NCBI GenBank assembly: GCA_963817155.1
Contig: CAWFNO010000012.1
Coordinates: 67,814 to 131,813 of the forward strand
DNA from: an uncultured Pseudomonadota bacterium
GTDB taxonomy: Bacteria; Pseudomonadota; Alphaproteobacteria; Rhizobiales; Xanthobacteraceae
Length of the DNA: 64,000 bases
Direction: 5' to 3'
Shown: positions 1 through 13,051 of the stretch, one piece after another
Numbering within the stretch: the stretch's first letter is position 1
Layout: each line of letters opens with the position of its first letter
Notes under the pieces: model-generated
Seen by the model: the letters and a program-made list of their open reading frames with translations, nothing else
What the model was told of the DNA's origin: nothing
Databases searched by the model: none
Translations under genes and position numbers: made by a program

Positions 1-207
1 CAGAAATACGGCAACACGACCACGGCGACGATCCCGCTGTGCCTCTGGGACTACGAAGACAAGCTCAAGACTGGCGACCGCCTGCTGCTTGCGGCGTTCG
101 GCGGCGGCTTTTCTTGGGGCGGCGCTTACTTGACCTGGGCCTACAACGGCGCCAAGGCGGCGAAGCGCAACGGCAACGGCAAGACCAACGGCAACGCGGC
201 AGGCTGA
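1..207 (+). CDS. fabH: Beta-ketoacyl-ACP synthase III (FabH family), 3' end only
   Basis: Frame 1 (not in the ORF track) reads [50 protein letters not shown]...AG*. GNT and FGGGFxWG are FabH C-terminal motifs. The TGA at 205-207 overlaps the next ATG. Confidence 0.85.
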   Translation, partial: QKYGNTTTATIPLCLWDYEDKLKTGDRLLLAAFGGGFSWGGAYLTWAYNGAKAAKRNGNGKTNGNAAG

Positions 208-1229
208 TGAGCAAACATCGCGTCGCCATTGTCGGTCTTGGCATGGCGCTGAAGCCACATCTGCAAAGCTTGGAAGAACTCGCCGGTCGCGTCGAAATCG
301 CAGCCTGCTTTACGCAAAGCTCCGCGCGGCGCAAGGCGTTCGCCGCCGCCAGCAGACATCCGGTTGCGGAGGCGCTTGATCAAGTCCTGGCCGACCGCAG
401 CATCGGCGTCGTGTTCCTGCTGACGCCGCCGACGACGCACCTGGAGCAGGTCGAGCGTTGCGCCGCCGCCGGCAAACACGTGCTGCTGGAAAAGCCGATC
501 GATGTGACCAGCGAGCGTGCCGCCAAGGGCATTGCCGCCATGGAAAAGGCAGGGTGCAAGTTCGCCATCATGCTGCAGCACCGTTTTCGTGATGCCTCGC
601 GCAAGCTGCACGCGGCCGTCACAGGCGGCGAGCTCGGCGCGCTGGTTTCGGGCTCGGCCTCGATCCGCTGGTGGCGTCCGCCCGAATATTTCGCGCAATC
701 CGGCCGCGGCATGAAGGCGCGGGACGGCGGCGGAGTGTTAATCACGCAGGCGATCCATACGCTCGATTTGTTTCAGAGTCTCACCGGACCCATCGCCAGG
801 GTCACCGCCTTTGCCAAGACCTCGCCGCTGCGCAAGATCGACACCGAAGATATCGCCTGCGGCGTAATCGAATTTGCAAACGGCGCCATCGGCACCATCG
901 ATGCAACGACCGTCGCCTATCCGGGATTCCCTGAGCGCATCGAGCTTGCCGGCGAAAAGGCGACAGCGGTGCTCAGTGCGGAAACGCTCGACATCTATTT
1001 CAAGGATGGCCGCCACGTGCACCACGAGGGCGCAGTCTCAAAGAGCGGCGGCGCCGATCCGATGGCCTTCACCAACGACGCGCACAAGGCGCTAATCGTG
1101 GATTTTTTCGACGCGATTGATCAGAACCGCGAGCCAATGGTCAGCGGCAGGGAATCGTTGAAAGTCATGCACCTGATCGACGCGCTGCTGCGCTCCGCAT
1201 CCGAGGGCAAGGCCGTCGCGATCAATTGA
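207..1229 (+). CDS. Gfo/Idh/MocA-family NAD(P)-dependent oxidoreductase
   Basis: Starts [13 protein letters not shown] (Rossmann fold); HVLLEKP and GGGVLITQAIHTLD motifs. Start moved from 39 to the ATG at 207 (TGATG overlap). Confidence 0.88.
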   Translation: MSKHRVAIVGLGMALKPHLQSLEELAGRVEIAACFTQSSARRKAFAAASRHPVAEALDQVLADRSIGVVFLLTPPTTHLEQVERCAAAGKHVLLEKPIDVTSERAAKGIAAMEKAGCKFAIMLQHRFRDASRKLHAAVTGGELGALVSGSASIRWWRPPEYFAQSGRGMKARDGGGVLITQAIHTLDLFQSLTGPIARVTAFAKTSPLRKIDTEDIACGVIEFANGAIGTIDATTVAYPGFPERIELAGEKATAVLSAETLDIYFKDGRHVHHEGAVSKSGGADPMAFTNDAHKALIVDFFDAIDQNREPMVSGRESLKVMHLIDALLRSASEGKAVAIN

Positions 1230-1234
1230 CCCGC

Positions 1235-2545
1235 TTACTTCCGCCGCGAGATCGGCACGTAGTCGCGCTGCGTGGCGCCGGTATAGAGCTGGCGCGGTCG
1301 CCCGATCTTCTGATGTGGATCCTCGATCATTTCCTTCCACTGCGCGATCCAGCCGACCGTGCGCGCCACGGCAAATAGCACGGTGAACATGGTAGTGGGG
1401 AAGCCCATCGCCTTGAGCGTGATGCCCGAATAGAAGTCGATGTTCGGATAGAGCTTCTTCTCAATGAAATAGTCATCGTGCAGCGCGATTTTTTCCAGCT
1501 CCATGGCGACGTCGAGCAGCGGATCGTCCTTGATGCCGAGCTCGTTCAAGACCTCGTGGCAGGTCTTCTGCATGATCTTGGCGCGCGGATCGTAATGCTT
1601 GTAGACGCGGTGCCCGAAGCCCATCAGGCGGAAAGGGTCATTCTTGTCCTTCGAGCGCTTGACGAATTCCGGGATGCGATCGACGCTGCCAATCTCGCGC
1701 AGCATATTGAGCGCGGCCTCGTTGGCCCCGCCATGAGCGGGCCCCCAGAGACAGGCGCAGCCGGCGGCGATGCAGGCAAACGGGTTGGCGCCTGAGGAAC
1801 CGGCGAGCCGCACGGTCGAGGTCGAGGCGTTCTGTTCGTGGTCGGCGTGCAGGATGAAAATGCGGTCCATCGCGCGCGCCAGCACCGAGTTCGGCTTGTA
1901 ATCCTCGGTCGGCACCGCGTAGCACATGCGCAGGAAATTGGTGGAGTAGTCGAGATCGTTCTTCGGATAGACGAACGGCTGGCCGATGGAATATTTGTAG
2001 GCCATGGCGGCGAGCGTAGGCACCTTGGCGATCATGCGGATCGAGGCGATCATCCGCTGCACCGGATCGGAGATGTCGGTCGAGTCGTGGTAGAAGGCCG
2101 ACAGCGCGCCGATCGAGCCGGTCATCACCGCCATCGGATGCGCGTCGCGGCGGAAGCCCTGGAAGAACCGGCTCATCTGCTCGTGCACCATCGTGTGGCG
2201 CGTGACGCGATAGTCAAAGTCGGCTTTTTGCGTCGGCGTCGGCAATTCGCCGTAGAGCAGCAGGTAACAGGTCTCGAGGAAATCGCCGTGCTCGGCCAGT
2301 TGCTCGATCGGATAGCCGCGATAGAGCAAGATGCCTTCGTCGCCGTCGATGAAGGTAATCTTGGACTCGCAGCTTGCCGTCGAGGTGAAGCCGGGGTCGT
2401 AGGTGAAGGCTCCGCTCACGCTGTAGAGCTTGGAGATATCCACAACATCAGGACCGATAGTTCCCGAATAAATCGGAAAATCCCAATTCTTGTTGCCGAT
2501 GGTCAGCGTGCTGTTCTTGGTCTTGGCGTCGGTTTTGGCGTCCAT
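1235..2545 (-). CDS. gltA: Citrate synthase (type II)
   Basis: [49 protein letters not shown] motifs. Confidence 0.97.
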   Translation of the reverse strand: MDAKTDAKTKNSTLTIGNKNWDFPIYSGTIGPDVVDISKLYSVSGAFTYDPGFTSTASCESKITFIDGDEGILLYRGYPIEQLAEHGDFLETCYLLLYGELPTPTQKADFDYRVTRHTMVHEQMSRFFQGFRRDAHPMAVMTGSIGALSAFYHDSTDISDPVQRMIASIRMIAKVPTLAAMAYKYSIGQPFVYPKNDLDYSTNFLRMCYAVPTEDYKPNSVLARAMDRIFILHADHEQNASTSTVRLAGSSGANPFACIAAGCACLWGPAHGGANEAALNMLREIGSVDRIPEFVKRSKDKNDPFRLMGFGHRVYKHYDPRAKIMQKTCHEVLNELGIKDDPLLDVAMELEKIALHDDYFIEKKLYPNIDFYSGITLKAMGFPTTMFTVLFAVARTVGWIAQWKEMIEDPHQKIGRPRQLYTGATQRDYVPISRRK

Positions 2546-2744
2546 GGTCGAGCCCTCGATTTGGCAGCGAGCAATGCGCTTAATTTCAGCCGGGAGGAGC
2601 GATGCGCCGGAGCGGCGGTGCGTTGTGCCGGCTACTGTTCCTTTAAGGTATCCTATGGTGCGCTGCAAGATAACGCAACGGAGGTAAGTGTCATTGATTT
2701 ATGTCGAGCTTGCGCTCGGGTGAGAGGTAGGTGTGCAGATTTGA

Positions 2745-4166
2745 TCAGCCGGCCTGATCGCGCAGCCGCGCCAGGCTTTCCTCGCGGCCGAGCACCGCCA
2801 AGACATCGAAGATCGGTGGCGAGGTGGTCCGGCCGGTGAGCGCCGCCCGCAGCGGCTGCGCGACCGCGCCGAGCTTGAGGCCGGATTTGTCCGCAAAAGC
2901 ACGAACATCCGCCTCGATTGTCGCCGCCGTCCAGTCGGCATTGGCCTCGAATTGCGGGAGGACGGCCGTAATAAGGCCCTTGGCCTCCGGCGTCAGCATG
3001 GACTTGGCCTTATCGTCGAGCTCGATTGGGCGGCTGGCCCAAAGGAAGCGGGTGGCCTCGAACAGTTCGACTAAAGTCTTGGCTCGCTCCTTCAATCCCG
3101 GCATGGCCGTCATGAGCTTGTTGCGCAGCGCCGGCGTCATCTTGCTGGCGAGTTCTTCGCCGCCGGCGATGTGCGGCAGCAATTGCTCCAACGTCGCGAT
3201 CAGTTCGGCGTTGGGGGTTGCGCGGATGTAGTGGCCGTTGAGATTTTCCAGCTTGGCAAAATCGAAGCGCGCCGGTGAGCGGCCGATCTGCGGCAGATCG
3301 AAAGCGGCAATCATTTCCTCGGTGGAAAAGATTTCCTGGTCGCCATGCGCCCAGCCGAGCCGCACCAGATAATTGCGCATCGCCGCCGGCAGATAGCCCA
3401 TGGCGCGGTAGGCATCGATCCCCAGCGCGCCGTGGCGCTTGGACAACTTCGAGCCATCCGGACCGTGGATCAGCGGGATATGCGCCATGATCGGCACGCT
3501 CCAGCCGAGCGCTTCGTAGATGTGCTTCTGCCGCGCGCCATTGGTCAGGTGATCATCGCCGCGGATCACATGGGTGATGCCCATGTCATGGTCGTCCACC
3601 ACGACGGCCAGCATGTAAGTGGGCGTGCCGTCCGAGCGCAGCAGCACAAGGTCATCGAGATCGGAATTCTGCCAGACCACGCGGCCCTGCACCGAGTCCT
3701 CAATCACCGTCTGGCCGGCGAGCGGCGCCCTGAGGCGGATGACCGGTTTAACCCCGGGCGGGGCTTCGGCTGGATCGCGGTCGCGCCAGCGCCCGTCATA
3801 AAGCTTGGAGCGGCCATCGCGGCGGGCCGCTTCGCGCATGACGGTAAGCTCCTCGGCGCTGGCGTAGCAGCGGTAGGCCTTGCCCGCGGCAAGCAACTGC
3901 TCGGCGATCTGCCGGTGGCGCTGGGCGCGGGAAAACTGAAACACGATCTCGCCGTCCCAGGTAATCCCCAGCCAAGTCAGCCCGTCGATGATGGCGTTGA
4001 TGGCGGCGGCGGTCGAGCGCTCACGGTCGGTATCCTCGATACGCAACAGCATCATGCCGCCGAAGTGACGGGCATAGAGCCAGTTGAACAGCGCGGTGCG
4101 CCCGCCGCCGATATGCAGGAAGCCTGTGGGAGAGGGTGCGAAACGGGAGACAACAGGGTCGCTCAT
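2745..4166 (-). CDS. gltX: Glutamate--tRNA ligase
   Basis: [34 protein letters not shown]. Confidence 0.97.
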   Translation of the reverse strand: MSDPVVSRFAPSPTGFLHIGGGRTALFNWLYARHFGGMMLLRIEDTDRERSTAAAINAIIDGLTWLGITWDGEIVFQFSRAQRHRQIAEQLLAAGKAYRCYASAEELTVMREAARRDGRSKLYDGRWRDRDPAEAPPGVKPVIRLRAPLAGQTVIEDSVQGRVVWQNSDLDDLVLLRSDGTPTYMLAVVVDDHDMGITHVIRGDDHLTNGARQKHIYEALGWSVPIMAHIPLIHGPDGSKLSKRHGALGIDAYRAMGYLPAAMRNYLVRLGWAHGDQEIFSTEEMIAAFDLPQIGRSPARFDFAKLENLNGHYIRATPNAELIATLEQLLPHIAGGEELASKMTPALRNKLMTAMPGLKERAKTLVELFEATRFLWASRPIELDDKAKSMLTPEAKGLITAVLPQFEANADWTAATIEADVRAFADKSGLKLGAVAQPLRAALTGRTTSPPIFDVLAVLGREESLARLRDQAG

Positions 4167-4266
4167 CGCGCGCCCCTCTACCACAGTTCCGGCAAAAAAC
4201 GAGAGCGCATTTGACATCGAGCGGCGCGGCACGTCATGAAGCCGCTGGCATCAGGAACCATCGGGC

Positions 4267-5961
<1,695 letters not shown>

Positions 5962-6020
5962 TTTAGACGCCGCGTTCACAACTGTTCTCCTAGCCATACG
6001 CTCCAACTGGAGGGGACAAG

Positions 6021-6410
6021 ATGTTCGATCTTGAGCAATTCACCGGAGATTGCCGGGCAGCACTCGCGGCCGATTCATCGCACAAGCTTGTCCGCGAAGT
6101 CGTTGCGCGCGCGGTCGCTGACCCAATCGCCGTTCTCAAAGGGATCGGCGAGCCGAAGCGCCCTGAAGTCCAGAAGCACTATCACGCGGCGGATCTGACG
6201 ATCCTCAACGTCATCTGGGGTCCAATGATGACGATAATGCCGCACAATCACAAAATGTGGGCCGTGAACGGCGGCGATTTTTTCGCCGCCGAGCGCAGCG
6301 ATTGGGACCCGGAAAGCCTGGAAGAGAGCCGTTACGATGTGGCGAAGAACATGAAGCTGTTCGAAGCCGCCAACGCGCTGACATATTTTTATGCGGAGAA
6401 GCGGCCTTAA
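6021..6410 (+). pseudogene. Cupin / cysteine-dioxygenase-like protein, apparently with an internal in-frame deletion
   Basis: LTILNVIWGPMMTIMPHNHKMWAV (cupin HxH) runs straight into NGGDFF...WDPE, the family C-terminus. The middle of the barrel with the third His appears to be missing. GGAGG RBS upstream. Confidence 0.6.
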
Positions 6411-6468
6411 AAACGCGCAACAGGTGCGCGTGAAGCTCCGCACGATAAAACGACGCTGCGGCTAGCGC

Positions 6469-7173
6469 CTAATACCGCCGGAACAGCCCCACCAGCTTGC
6501 CCTGGATGCGCACGCGGTTGGGTGGAAGAATCCGCACCTCGTAGGCCGTGTTGGCCGGCTCAAGCGCAATGGAGGCGCCGCGGCGGCGGAAGCGTTTGAG
6601 GGTAGCTTCCTCGTCGTCAATCAGCGCCACCACGATGTCACCGGTATCGGCGGCCTCACTGCGGCGGATGAGCGCGATGTCGCCGTCGAGAATACCGGCC
6701 TCGATCATGCTGTCGCCGCGCACTTCGAGGGCGAAATGCTCGCCGGCCGTCAGCAGGTCCGCCGGCATGTTGATGGTGTGGCTGCGCATCTGGATCGCCT
6801 CGATCGGCGTGCCGGCGGCGATGCGGCCCATTACCGGCACGGCGATGGGGCGGCCGCTATTGTCGTCCTCGGAAGTCTGCCGCACGCGGCCGAGGTCGCC
6901 TTCGATGACGCTGGGGTTGAAGCCGCGCGAGCGGCCACCGCCGATGCCGTGGGCAACCGAATCGGGCAACTTGATCACTTCGATGGCGCGCGCCCGGTTG
7001 GGCAGGCGGCGGATGAAGCCACGCTCTTCCAGCGCCGTAATCAGCCGGTGGATGCCCGATTTCGACCGCAGGTCGAGCGCATCCTTCATTTCATCGAAGG
7101 AGGGCGGAACGCCGGCTTCCGTCAGCCGCTCGTGGATGAAGCGCAAAAGCTCGAATTGCTTGCGGGTCAGCAT
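6469..7173 (-). CDS. lexA: SOS repressor LexA
   Basis: MLTRKQ...PPSFDEM w[11 protein letters not shown] cleavage site, GDSM catalytic Ser, EATLKR. Confidence 0.97.
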   Translation of the reverse strand: MLTRKQFELLRFIHERLTEAGVPPSFDEMKDALDLRSKSGIHRLITALEERGFIRRLPNRARAIEVIKLPDSVAHGIGGGRSRGFNPSVIEGDLGRVRQTSEDDNSGRPIAVPVMGRIAAGTPIEAIQMRSHTINMPADLLTAGEHFALEVRGDSMIEAGILDGDIALIRRSEAADTGDIVVALIDDEEATLKRFRRRGASIALEPANTAYEVRILPPNRVRIQGKLVGLFRRY

Positions 7174-7206
7174 CGTTTCTCCCCTGCCGGCCTCGGAATC
7201 GGCCAG

Positions 7207-7247
7207 AAACAAATCATGAACGAACACTATCCGTTCCATATGTGTTC
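7207..7247. promoter_or_regulatory. Alphaproteobacterial LexA (SOS) boxes upstream of lexA
   Basis: Perfect GTTC-CATATGT-GTTC (GTTC-N7-GTTC) at 7233-7247 and one-mismatch AAAC-AAATCAT-GAAC at 7207-7221. Confidence 0.88.
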
Positions 7248-7286
7248 TGCAACCATTTAATTTGGAGTGAAAAACTCGAAAGGCCG

Positions 7287-8504
7287 CTACAGGGCGAACT
7301 TAAGTATGACGCAATGTGAACCGGCGGCCGCCGCGGGTGCATTGGCCGGCCGAATCAACAGGCAATCGGCCTTGGCCAGCGTCGCCATCAGGGAACTGTC
7401 CTGCGCCGGTAACGGGGTAGCAATTGGCCCGTTGGGGCCGTCGGCGAGGGTGGCGCGCAGATAGTCCTCACGCTCGTCATTTGCCGGCAGATCGCGGCCA
7501 AGAACGGCCTCAAAGCGCGCGAGATCGGTGTCGTTGCGCCCTGCGAGGCGCCGGATGAGCGGCACCAGGAACAGAAACGCGCAGACGTAAGACGAAACCG
7601 GATTTCCCGGCAGGCCGAGCACCTGGATGCCGGAAAGCCGCCCGTACATCATCGGCCGGCCCGGCCGCAGCGCCAGCCGCCAGAACGACAAAGCAAGGCC
7701 TTCGGCGGCGAGCGCTTTCTGCACCAGATCGTGCTCGCCGACGGACGCGCCGCCGGTGGTCACCAGCACGTCACAGCCGGCATCACGCGCCTTGCGCACG
7801 CGCGAAGCGATGTCATCGAGCCGGTCACGGGCAACGCCCAGGTCAAGCGCCTCGGCGCCCTCGCTGCGGCAAAGCGCGCGCAAGGCAAAGCCGTTGGAAT
7901 AGACGATCTCGCCTAGCGCGGGCGTTGAGCCCGGTGCCACCAGCTCGTCGCCGGTGCCGAGCACGGCGACCTTGGGGCGGCGATGCACGCTGAGCGAGGG
8001 ATAATTCATGGCGGCGGCGAGCATCAGGTCGCGCGCGCTGAGGCGTCGGCCCTTGGCCAGCAGCGTCTGCCCCTCGTTAAAGTCAATGCCCTGCAGGCGC
8101 ACATTGCGGCCCTTGGCCGTGTTTTTCTTCATCGTGACCTTGTCGCCTTCGCGCGCGGTGACCTCCTGGATCACCACGGTGTCGCTGCCCTCGGGCATGA
8201 CGCCGCCGGTAAAGATGCGCGCCGTTTCGCCTTTGCCGACCTTGCCGTCGAAGGGGTGGCCAGCGGCGACTTCGCCGATGAGCTTCAGCGTGGCCGGCGC
8301 CTGTTCCACATCGGCGGCACGCACGGCATAGCCGTCCATAGCCGAAACGGCGGCGGGCGGCTGCGTGCGTAATGCTTTGAGATCCTCGGTGAGGACGCGG
8401 CCGAGCCCGTCGTCGAGCTTTGCCTCGTCCGCCGGCAGCGGCTTGGCGTCAGCCAAGATGCGCGCCCGCGCCTCGGCGACCGGCACCAACTCAATTTTCG
8501 GCAC
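7287..8504 (-). CDS. moeA: Molybdopterin molybdotransferase MoeA
   Basis: [35 protein letters not shown]. Confidence 0.95.
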   Translation of the reverse strand: MPKIELVPVAEARARILADAKPLPADEAKLDDGLGRVLTEDLKALRTQPPAAVSAMDGYAVRAADVEQAPATLKLIGEVAAGHPFDGKVGKGETARIFTGGVMPEGSDTVVIQEVTAREGDKVTMKKNTAKGRNVRLQGIDFNEGQTLLAKGRRLSARDLMLAAAMNYPSLSVHRRPKVAVLGTGDELVAPGSTPALGEIVYSNGFALRALCRSEGAEALDLGVARDRLDDIASRVRKARDAGCDVLVTTGGASVGEHDLVQKALAAEGLALSFWRLALRPGRPMMYGRLSGIQVLGLPGNPVSSYVCAFLFLVPLIRRLAGRNDTDLARFEAVLGRDLPANDEREDYLRATLADGPNGPIATPLPAQDSSLMATLAKADCLLIRPANAPAAAAGSHCVILKFAL

Positions 8505-9036
8505 GATATTCGCCTGATTTGCCGCCGCTCTTGTGCAGCAGGCGGATGCCCTCGATGCGCATGCCGCGCTCGACTGCCTTGACCATGTCGTAGATCGTGA
8601 GGCAGGCGATCGAGACCGCCACCAGCGCTTCCATCTCGACGCCGGTCTGGCCTGCGACCTTCACCGTCGCCTGCACCATAAAGCCGGGCAGGGCGTGTTC
8701 AGGATTGATGTCGATCTCCACCTTGGTGATCGGCAGCGGATGGCAGAGCGGGATCAGCCCGTGCGTGCGCTTGGCCGCCATGATGCCGGCAAGCCGCGCC
8801 GCGCCGAGCACGTCGCCCTTGAGCGCATTGCCGGCGAGCACGAGATCAAGTGTCTCCTTGCGCATGATGATGCGCCCTTCGGCGGTCGCCGTGCGCTCGG
8901 TGACGCTCTTGGGCGAGACATCGACCATATGCGCCTGGCCGCGCGCATCGATATGGCTGAGTATCTTCGCCGCGCGTTTGGTCGGCTTTGGCTTGACTTT
9001 GGGCCGCTTTTTGGCGGCTTTTGCCCGCTTCGCCAC
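8491..9036 (-). CDS. moaC: Cyclic pyranopterin monophosphate synthase MoaC
   Basis: [35 protein letters not shown]; Lys-rich N-terminal extension. Confidence 0.95.
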   Translation of the reverse strand: MAKRAKAAKKRPKVKPKPTKRAAKILSHIDARGQAHMVDVSPKSVTERTATAEGRIIMRKETLDLVLAGNALKGDVLGAARLAGIMAAKRTHGLIPLCHPLPITKVEIDINPEHALPGFMVQATVKVAGQTGVEMEALVAVSIACLTIYDMVKAVERGMRIEGIRLLHKSGGKSGEYRAEN

Positions 9037-9039
9037 GGC

Positions 9040-9855
9040 TTACTCCGCCGCGGCTTTGCGATGGTTGCGCGCGAGCAGGGCGCGGGTGGCCGCCGTGACA
9101 TCGGCCGGCCGCATCAAGCTTTCACCAACCAGGATGGCGGACACGCCAGCCGTTGCAAGGCGGGCGACATCCTCCGGCGTGTTGATCCCACTTTCGGCGA
9201 CGACGATGCGCTCGGGCGGGATTTTCGCCGCCAAGCGCTCGCTGACGGCTAAGGAAGTCTTGAAGCTGCGCAAGTCGCGGTTGTTGATGCCGATCAGGCG
9301 CGATTTCAGCTTCAATGCCCGCGTTAACTCATCTTCCTGATGAACTTCAATTAATGTATCCATCCTATTGTTAATAGCCGCATTTTCGATGTCTGTGGCG
9401 GCCCCGTCACTGACCGCGGCCATAATGATGAGGATGCAGTCGGCGCCGAGCGCACGGGATTCAACGACTTGATACGGCTCGTAGATGAAATCCTTGCGCA
9501 GCACCGGCAGTTCCGTCGCCGCGCGCGCCGCGCCTAAAAATTCCGGCCGACCCCGAAACGAGGGCGCATCGGTGAGCACCGAAAGACACGCCGCGCCGCC
9601 CGCCTCGTAGGCTTTGGCGAGCTTCGGCACATCGAAATCGGTGCGGATCAGGCCCTTCGACGGACTCGCCTTTTTGATTTCGGCAATCAGCGCCACGTCG
9701 CCGCCGGCGATCTTGCGTTCAATGGCGCGCAAAAAGCCTCGCGGAGGTGAGGCCAGTTGGGCGACCTTTTCCAGCACGGCAAGCGGACACGCGCGCTTGG
9801 CCGCGGCGATTTCCTCGCGCTTGTAGGCTTCAATTCTTGCGAGGATATCCGACAC
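9040..9855 (-). CDS. trpC: Indole-3-glycerol phosphate synthase
   Basis: [44 protein letters not shown]. Confidence 0.96.
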   Translation of the reverse strand: MSDILARIEAYKREEIAAAKRACPLAVLEKVAQLASPPRGFLRAIERKIAGGDVALIAEIKKASPSKGLIRTDFDVPKLAKAYEAGGAACLSVLTDAPSFRGRPEFLGAARAATELPVLRKDFIYEPYQVVESRALGADCILIIMAAVSDGAATDIENAAINNRMDTLIEVHQEDELTRALKLKSRLIGINNRDLRSFKTSLAVSERLAAKIPPERIVVAESGINTPEDVARLATAGVSAILVGESLMRPADVTAATRALLARNHRKAAAE

Positions 9856-9858
9856 GGG

Positions 9859-10884
9859 TTACGCCTCCACGGCGCAGGACACCGCAATCAGCCGGTCGAG
9901 ACGGCCTTCGGCCTCGCCACTGTCGATCGATTTGGCCGCAAGCTGCGCGCCTTCCTTCAGATCTTTGGCCTTGCCCGCGACAATCAGCGCCGCCGCCGCG
10001 TTGAGGATGGCGACGTCGCGGAAGGCGCCCGGCTTGCCTTTGAGCACATCGAGCAGCGCCTTGGCGTTTGTCTCGGCGTCGCCGCCTTTGAGCGCCTCGG
10101 GCTTGACGCGCTTGAGGCCTGCATCCTCCGGCGTCACCTCGAAAGTGCGGATCTTGCCGTTCTCCAGCGCAGCGACGCTGCTCGGCCCTGATGTGGTGAT
10201 CTCATCGAGTCCGTCGGAGCCGTGCACGACCCAGATGCTTTCCGAGCCGAGGTTTTTCAGCACCTGCGCCATCGGCTCGACCCAGTGCTTGGAAAATGTG
10301 CCGATCACCTGCCGCTTGACGCCGGCAGGGTTCGACAAGGGCCCGAGCAGATTGAAGATGGTGCGGGTGCCGAGCTCGACCCGGGTGGGGCCGACGTTCT
10401 TCATCGCCGGATGATGGCTCGGTGCAAACATGAAGCCGATGCCGGCCTCACTGATGCAGCGGGCAACCTCGTGCGGATTGAGGTCGATCTTGACGCCCAA
10501 TGCTTGCAGCACGTCGGCGGCGCCGGATTTCGACGACAGCGCGCGGTTGCCGTGTTTGGCGATTGGCACGCCGGCACCTGCCACAATGAACGCCGCACAA
10601 GTCGAGATATTGTAGGAGCCGGAGGCATCGCCGCCTGTGCCGACCACGTCCATGGCGTCCGCCGGCGCCTTCACACCCAGCATCTTGGCGCGCATGGTGT
10701 TCACCGCGCCAGTGATCTCGTCCACGGTTTCCCCGCGCACGCGCAATGCCATCAGCAGCCCGCCCATCTGCGAGGGCGTGGCTTCGCCCGACATCATGCG
10801 GTCGAAAACTGAAGCGGCTTCCGCGCGCGTTAAGCTGGCGCCGGTCGCGACCTTGGCGATGAGCGCCTTGAAATCGTCGGCCAT
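9859..10884 (-). CDS. trpD: Anthranilate phosphoribosyltransferase
   Basis: [39 protein letters not shown]. Confidence 0.96.
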   Translation of the reverse strand: MADDFKALIAKVATGASLTRAEAASVFDRMMSGEATPSQMGGLLMALRVRGETVDEITGAVNTMRAKMLGVKAPADAMDVVGTGGDASGSYNISTCAAFIVAGAGVPIAKHGNRALSSKSGAADVLQALGVKIDLNPHEVARCISEAGIGFMFAPSHHPAMKNVGPTRVELGTRTIFNLLGPLSNPAGVKRQVIGTFSKHWVEPMAQVLKNLGSESIWVVHGSDGLDEITTSGPSSVAALENGKIRTFEVTPEDAGLKRVKPEALKGGDAETNAKALLDVLKGKPGAFRDVAILNAAAALIVAGKAKDLKEGAQLAAKSIDSGEAEGRLDRLIAVSCAVEA

Positions 10885-10896
10885 AGTTAAGGCCCC

Positions 10897-11529
10897 TTAG
10901 CTCATCGCGCGAGCGGCGACACGTGCCGGCGCTTCGCGGCGGCCGTGGCTGGCGTTCCAAGCGGCGGCGATATCGAGAAAATTCTTCAGCAGCAGATGGC
11001 CATGCTCGGAGGCGATGCTCTCGGGATGAAACTGCACGCCGTGCACCGGCAGGCTCTCATGCATCAGGCCCATCACCACGCCGTCGTCCGTCTGCGCGGT
11101 GACCGCCAGTTCCGCCGGCATGCTGCGGAGTTCCACCGTCAATGAATGATAGCGCGTCGCCTTGAACGGCCGGTTGATGCCACGGAAAACGCCGGCGCTG
11201 TTGTGGCGAATGATCGACAATTTGCCGTGCATCGGTGCGGATGCGCGCACCACCTTGCCGCCGAAAGCCTGGCCGATCGCCTGATGGCCGAGACAGACGC
11301 CGAGCAGTGGAACGGTCGGCGCGGCCTTGGCGATGAGCTCGAGGCAGATGCCGGCTTCATTCGGCGTGCAGGGTCCTGGCGAAAGCACGATCGCGTCCGG
11401 CTCCATCGCCATCACGTCGGCGGTCGAAATCTTGTCGTTGCGATTCACGACGACGTCCGCCCCCAAGCTGCCCAGGTAATGGAACAGGTTGAAGGTGAAG
11501 CTGTCGTAATTGTCGATCAGAACGATCAT
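10897..11529 (-). CDS. trpG: Anthranilate synthase component II (glutamine amidotransferase)
   Basis: LIDNYDSFT, SPGPC, GVCLGHQ, RYHSL, GVQFHPES. Confidence 0.95.
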   Translation of the reverse strand: MIVLIDNYDSFTFNLFHYLGSLGADVVVNRNDKISTADVMAMEPDAIVLSPGPCTPNEAGICLELIAKAAPTVPLLGVCLGHQAIGQAFGGKVVRASAPMHGKLSIIRHNSAGVFRGINRPFKATRYHSLTVELRSMPAELAVTAQTDDGVVMGLMHESLPVHGVQFHPESIASEHGHLLLKNFLDIAAAWNASHGRREAPARVAARAMS

Positions 11530-11605
11530 GTCTGCTTGATCTTTTCTCGATCTTCTTGCGCCCGCTCAAGGTCTTAAGACGAGCCCTGAGGAGGGTCAAG
11601 CTGCG

Positions 11606-13051
11606 CTATTTGATGTCGATCGGGGCGGGCTCGGGCGGCACTATTTCCCGCAGGTGTTTGTCCACGTCCTCGCCGGAGAGCGGCGCCTCAGGCAGCCGGC
11701 TGATAGCAGCGGCGTTCTCGCCGAAATGCACGAGTTTCGGCACCATCAGAACGACGATAAGCAGCATCCACTGCGCCAGCAGGAAAGGGATGATGGCCCG
11801 CACGAAGTGCCGGAACGGCGCCGGGTTCTTTGCCACGCCGCGCACCATCATCAACGCATAGCCGAACGGCGGCAAAAGAAAACTCGATTGCAGCGTGAGC
11901 AGCACCAGCACCGAAACCCAGCGCGCATCGGCGACGCGGATGAGAAGCGGCGGAATGACGATCGGCACGATGACGAAAATGATCTCGAAGGCGTCGAGCA
12001 CGAAGGCGCATAGCCCGATCACGGCCAGCACGACCGCCGTCGCCGGAACGTCGCCGCCGGGGATATCGGCGACCAAATTGTTCACCAGCCGGTCGGTGCC
12101 GAGCAGGCGCAGCACCAGCGTGAAGGTCGTTGCCGCGATCAGCAGCGAGAACAGCGCGCCGGTGATGGCAATGGCGTCGTGCAGCAGTACGTGCATCACT
12201 TTGACCGGCAACAGGCCCGTGGCAAAGCCGGCGCACAGCAGGGTGAAGGCGCCCACCGCCGCAGCTTCGACCGCGAAGAAGTAACCGGTGGCGACGCCGC
12301 CGAGCAGAACCAGCAATGCGATCAGCGCAACGGCGGCGACAATGGCTTCCCGTGGGGCGAGGGGTTCGCGTTTCAGCAGCGGCAGCGGCTGGCCGCGGCC
12401 GGCAAGCCAGGCGAGCACCAGACTGAGCGCGATAAAGATCAAGGCCGGTGCCAGCGCCGCGTGAAAGACATCCTGCGTGTTGATGACGCGGTCGGTGCGT
12501 CCGGTCGCCGTGACCGCGTAAGTGTGGGCCGACAGTATCGCGTCGCTGAGCAGGATGAGCACCAGCGACGGCGGCACTAGTACGCCGAGCGTCGAGGCGA
12601 CCGCAATGATCGCGTCACGCGTCGCCGCCGGCACGCCCTCGGCGGTGAGCCGCGGCGACACCACGCGCGACAGACCAAGCACGCTGGCGCCGACCGAACC
12701 GTTCATGGGTCCGAGCAGCGCGCCGAGCAGCATGCCGGAGACGAGCGGCGCCGATGCGCGCCGCGGCAAAATTGCGTTGCTGGTTCGGTAGAGTGCGTTG
12801 GCGACCGGCAGACGGCCAAGCAACAGGCCCATGGTGACGTAGAGCGGCAGTGCCTGCAGCAGGTCATTTTCGAAAAGATTGATTAGCCGCCCGGGCAGCG
12901 CCCATAGGAGCGAAAAAGGAAACGCGCCGGTGGCAAGACCCAAGATGGCGCCGAGCGTCGCCACGGTAATGAGCACGAACGCTGCCGGCAGTCCGGTCGC
13001 GATGATGCCGACGCCCACCAGGATCAACAGCGCAAAGCCGCTCCATTCCAT
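11606..13051 (-). CDS. TRAP transporter large permease (DctM-like)
   Basis: Highly hydrophobic 481 aa with LQALPLYVTMG, ASTLGVLVPPSLVLI and QSSFLLPPFGYAL DctM-type motifs. Confidence 0.85.
   Translation of the reverse strand: MEWSGFALLILVGVGIIATGLPAAFVLITVATLGAILGLATGAFPFSLLWALPGRLINLFENDLLQALPLYVTMGLLLGRLPVANALYRTSNAILPRRASAPLVSGMLLGALLGPMNGSVGASVLGLSRVVSPRLTAEGVPAATRDAIIAVASTLGVLVPPSLVLILLSDAILSAHTYAVTATGRTDRVINTQDVFHAALAPALIFIALSLVLAWLAGRGQPLPLLKREPLAPREAIVAAVALIALLVLLGGVATGYFFAVEAAAVGAFTLLCAGFATGLLPVKVMHVLLHDAIAITGALFSLLIAATTFTLVLRLLGTDRLVNNLVADIPGGDVPATAVVLAVIGLCAFVLDAFEIIFVIVPIVIPPLLIRVADARWVSVLVLLTLQSSFLLPPFGYALMMVRGVAKNPAPFRHFVRAIIPFLLAQWMLLIVVLMVPKLVHFGENAAAISRLPEAPLSGEDVDKHLREIVPPEPAPIDIK

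Noticed and set aside
39-206. N-terminal extension of ORF 39-1229
   Set aside because: It overlaps the fabH 3' end in another frame; the Rossmann motif starts at ATG 207.
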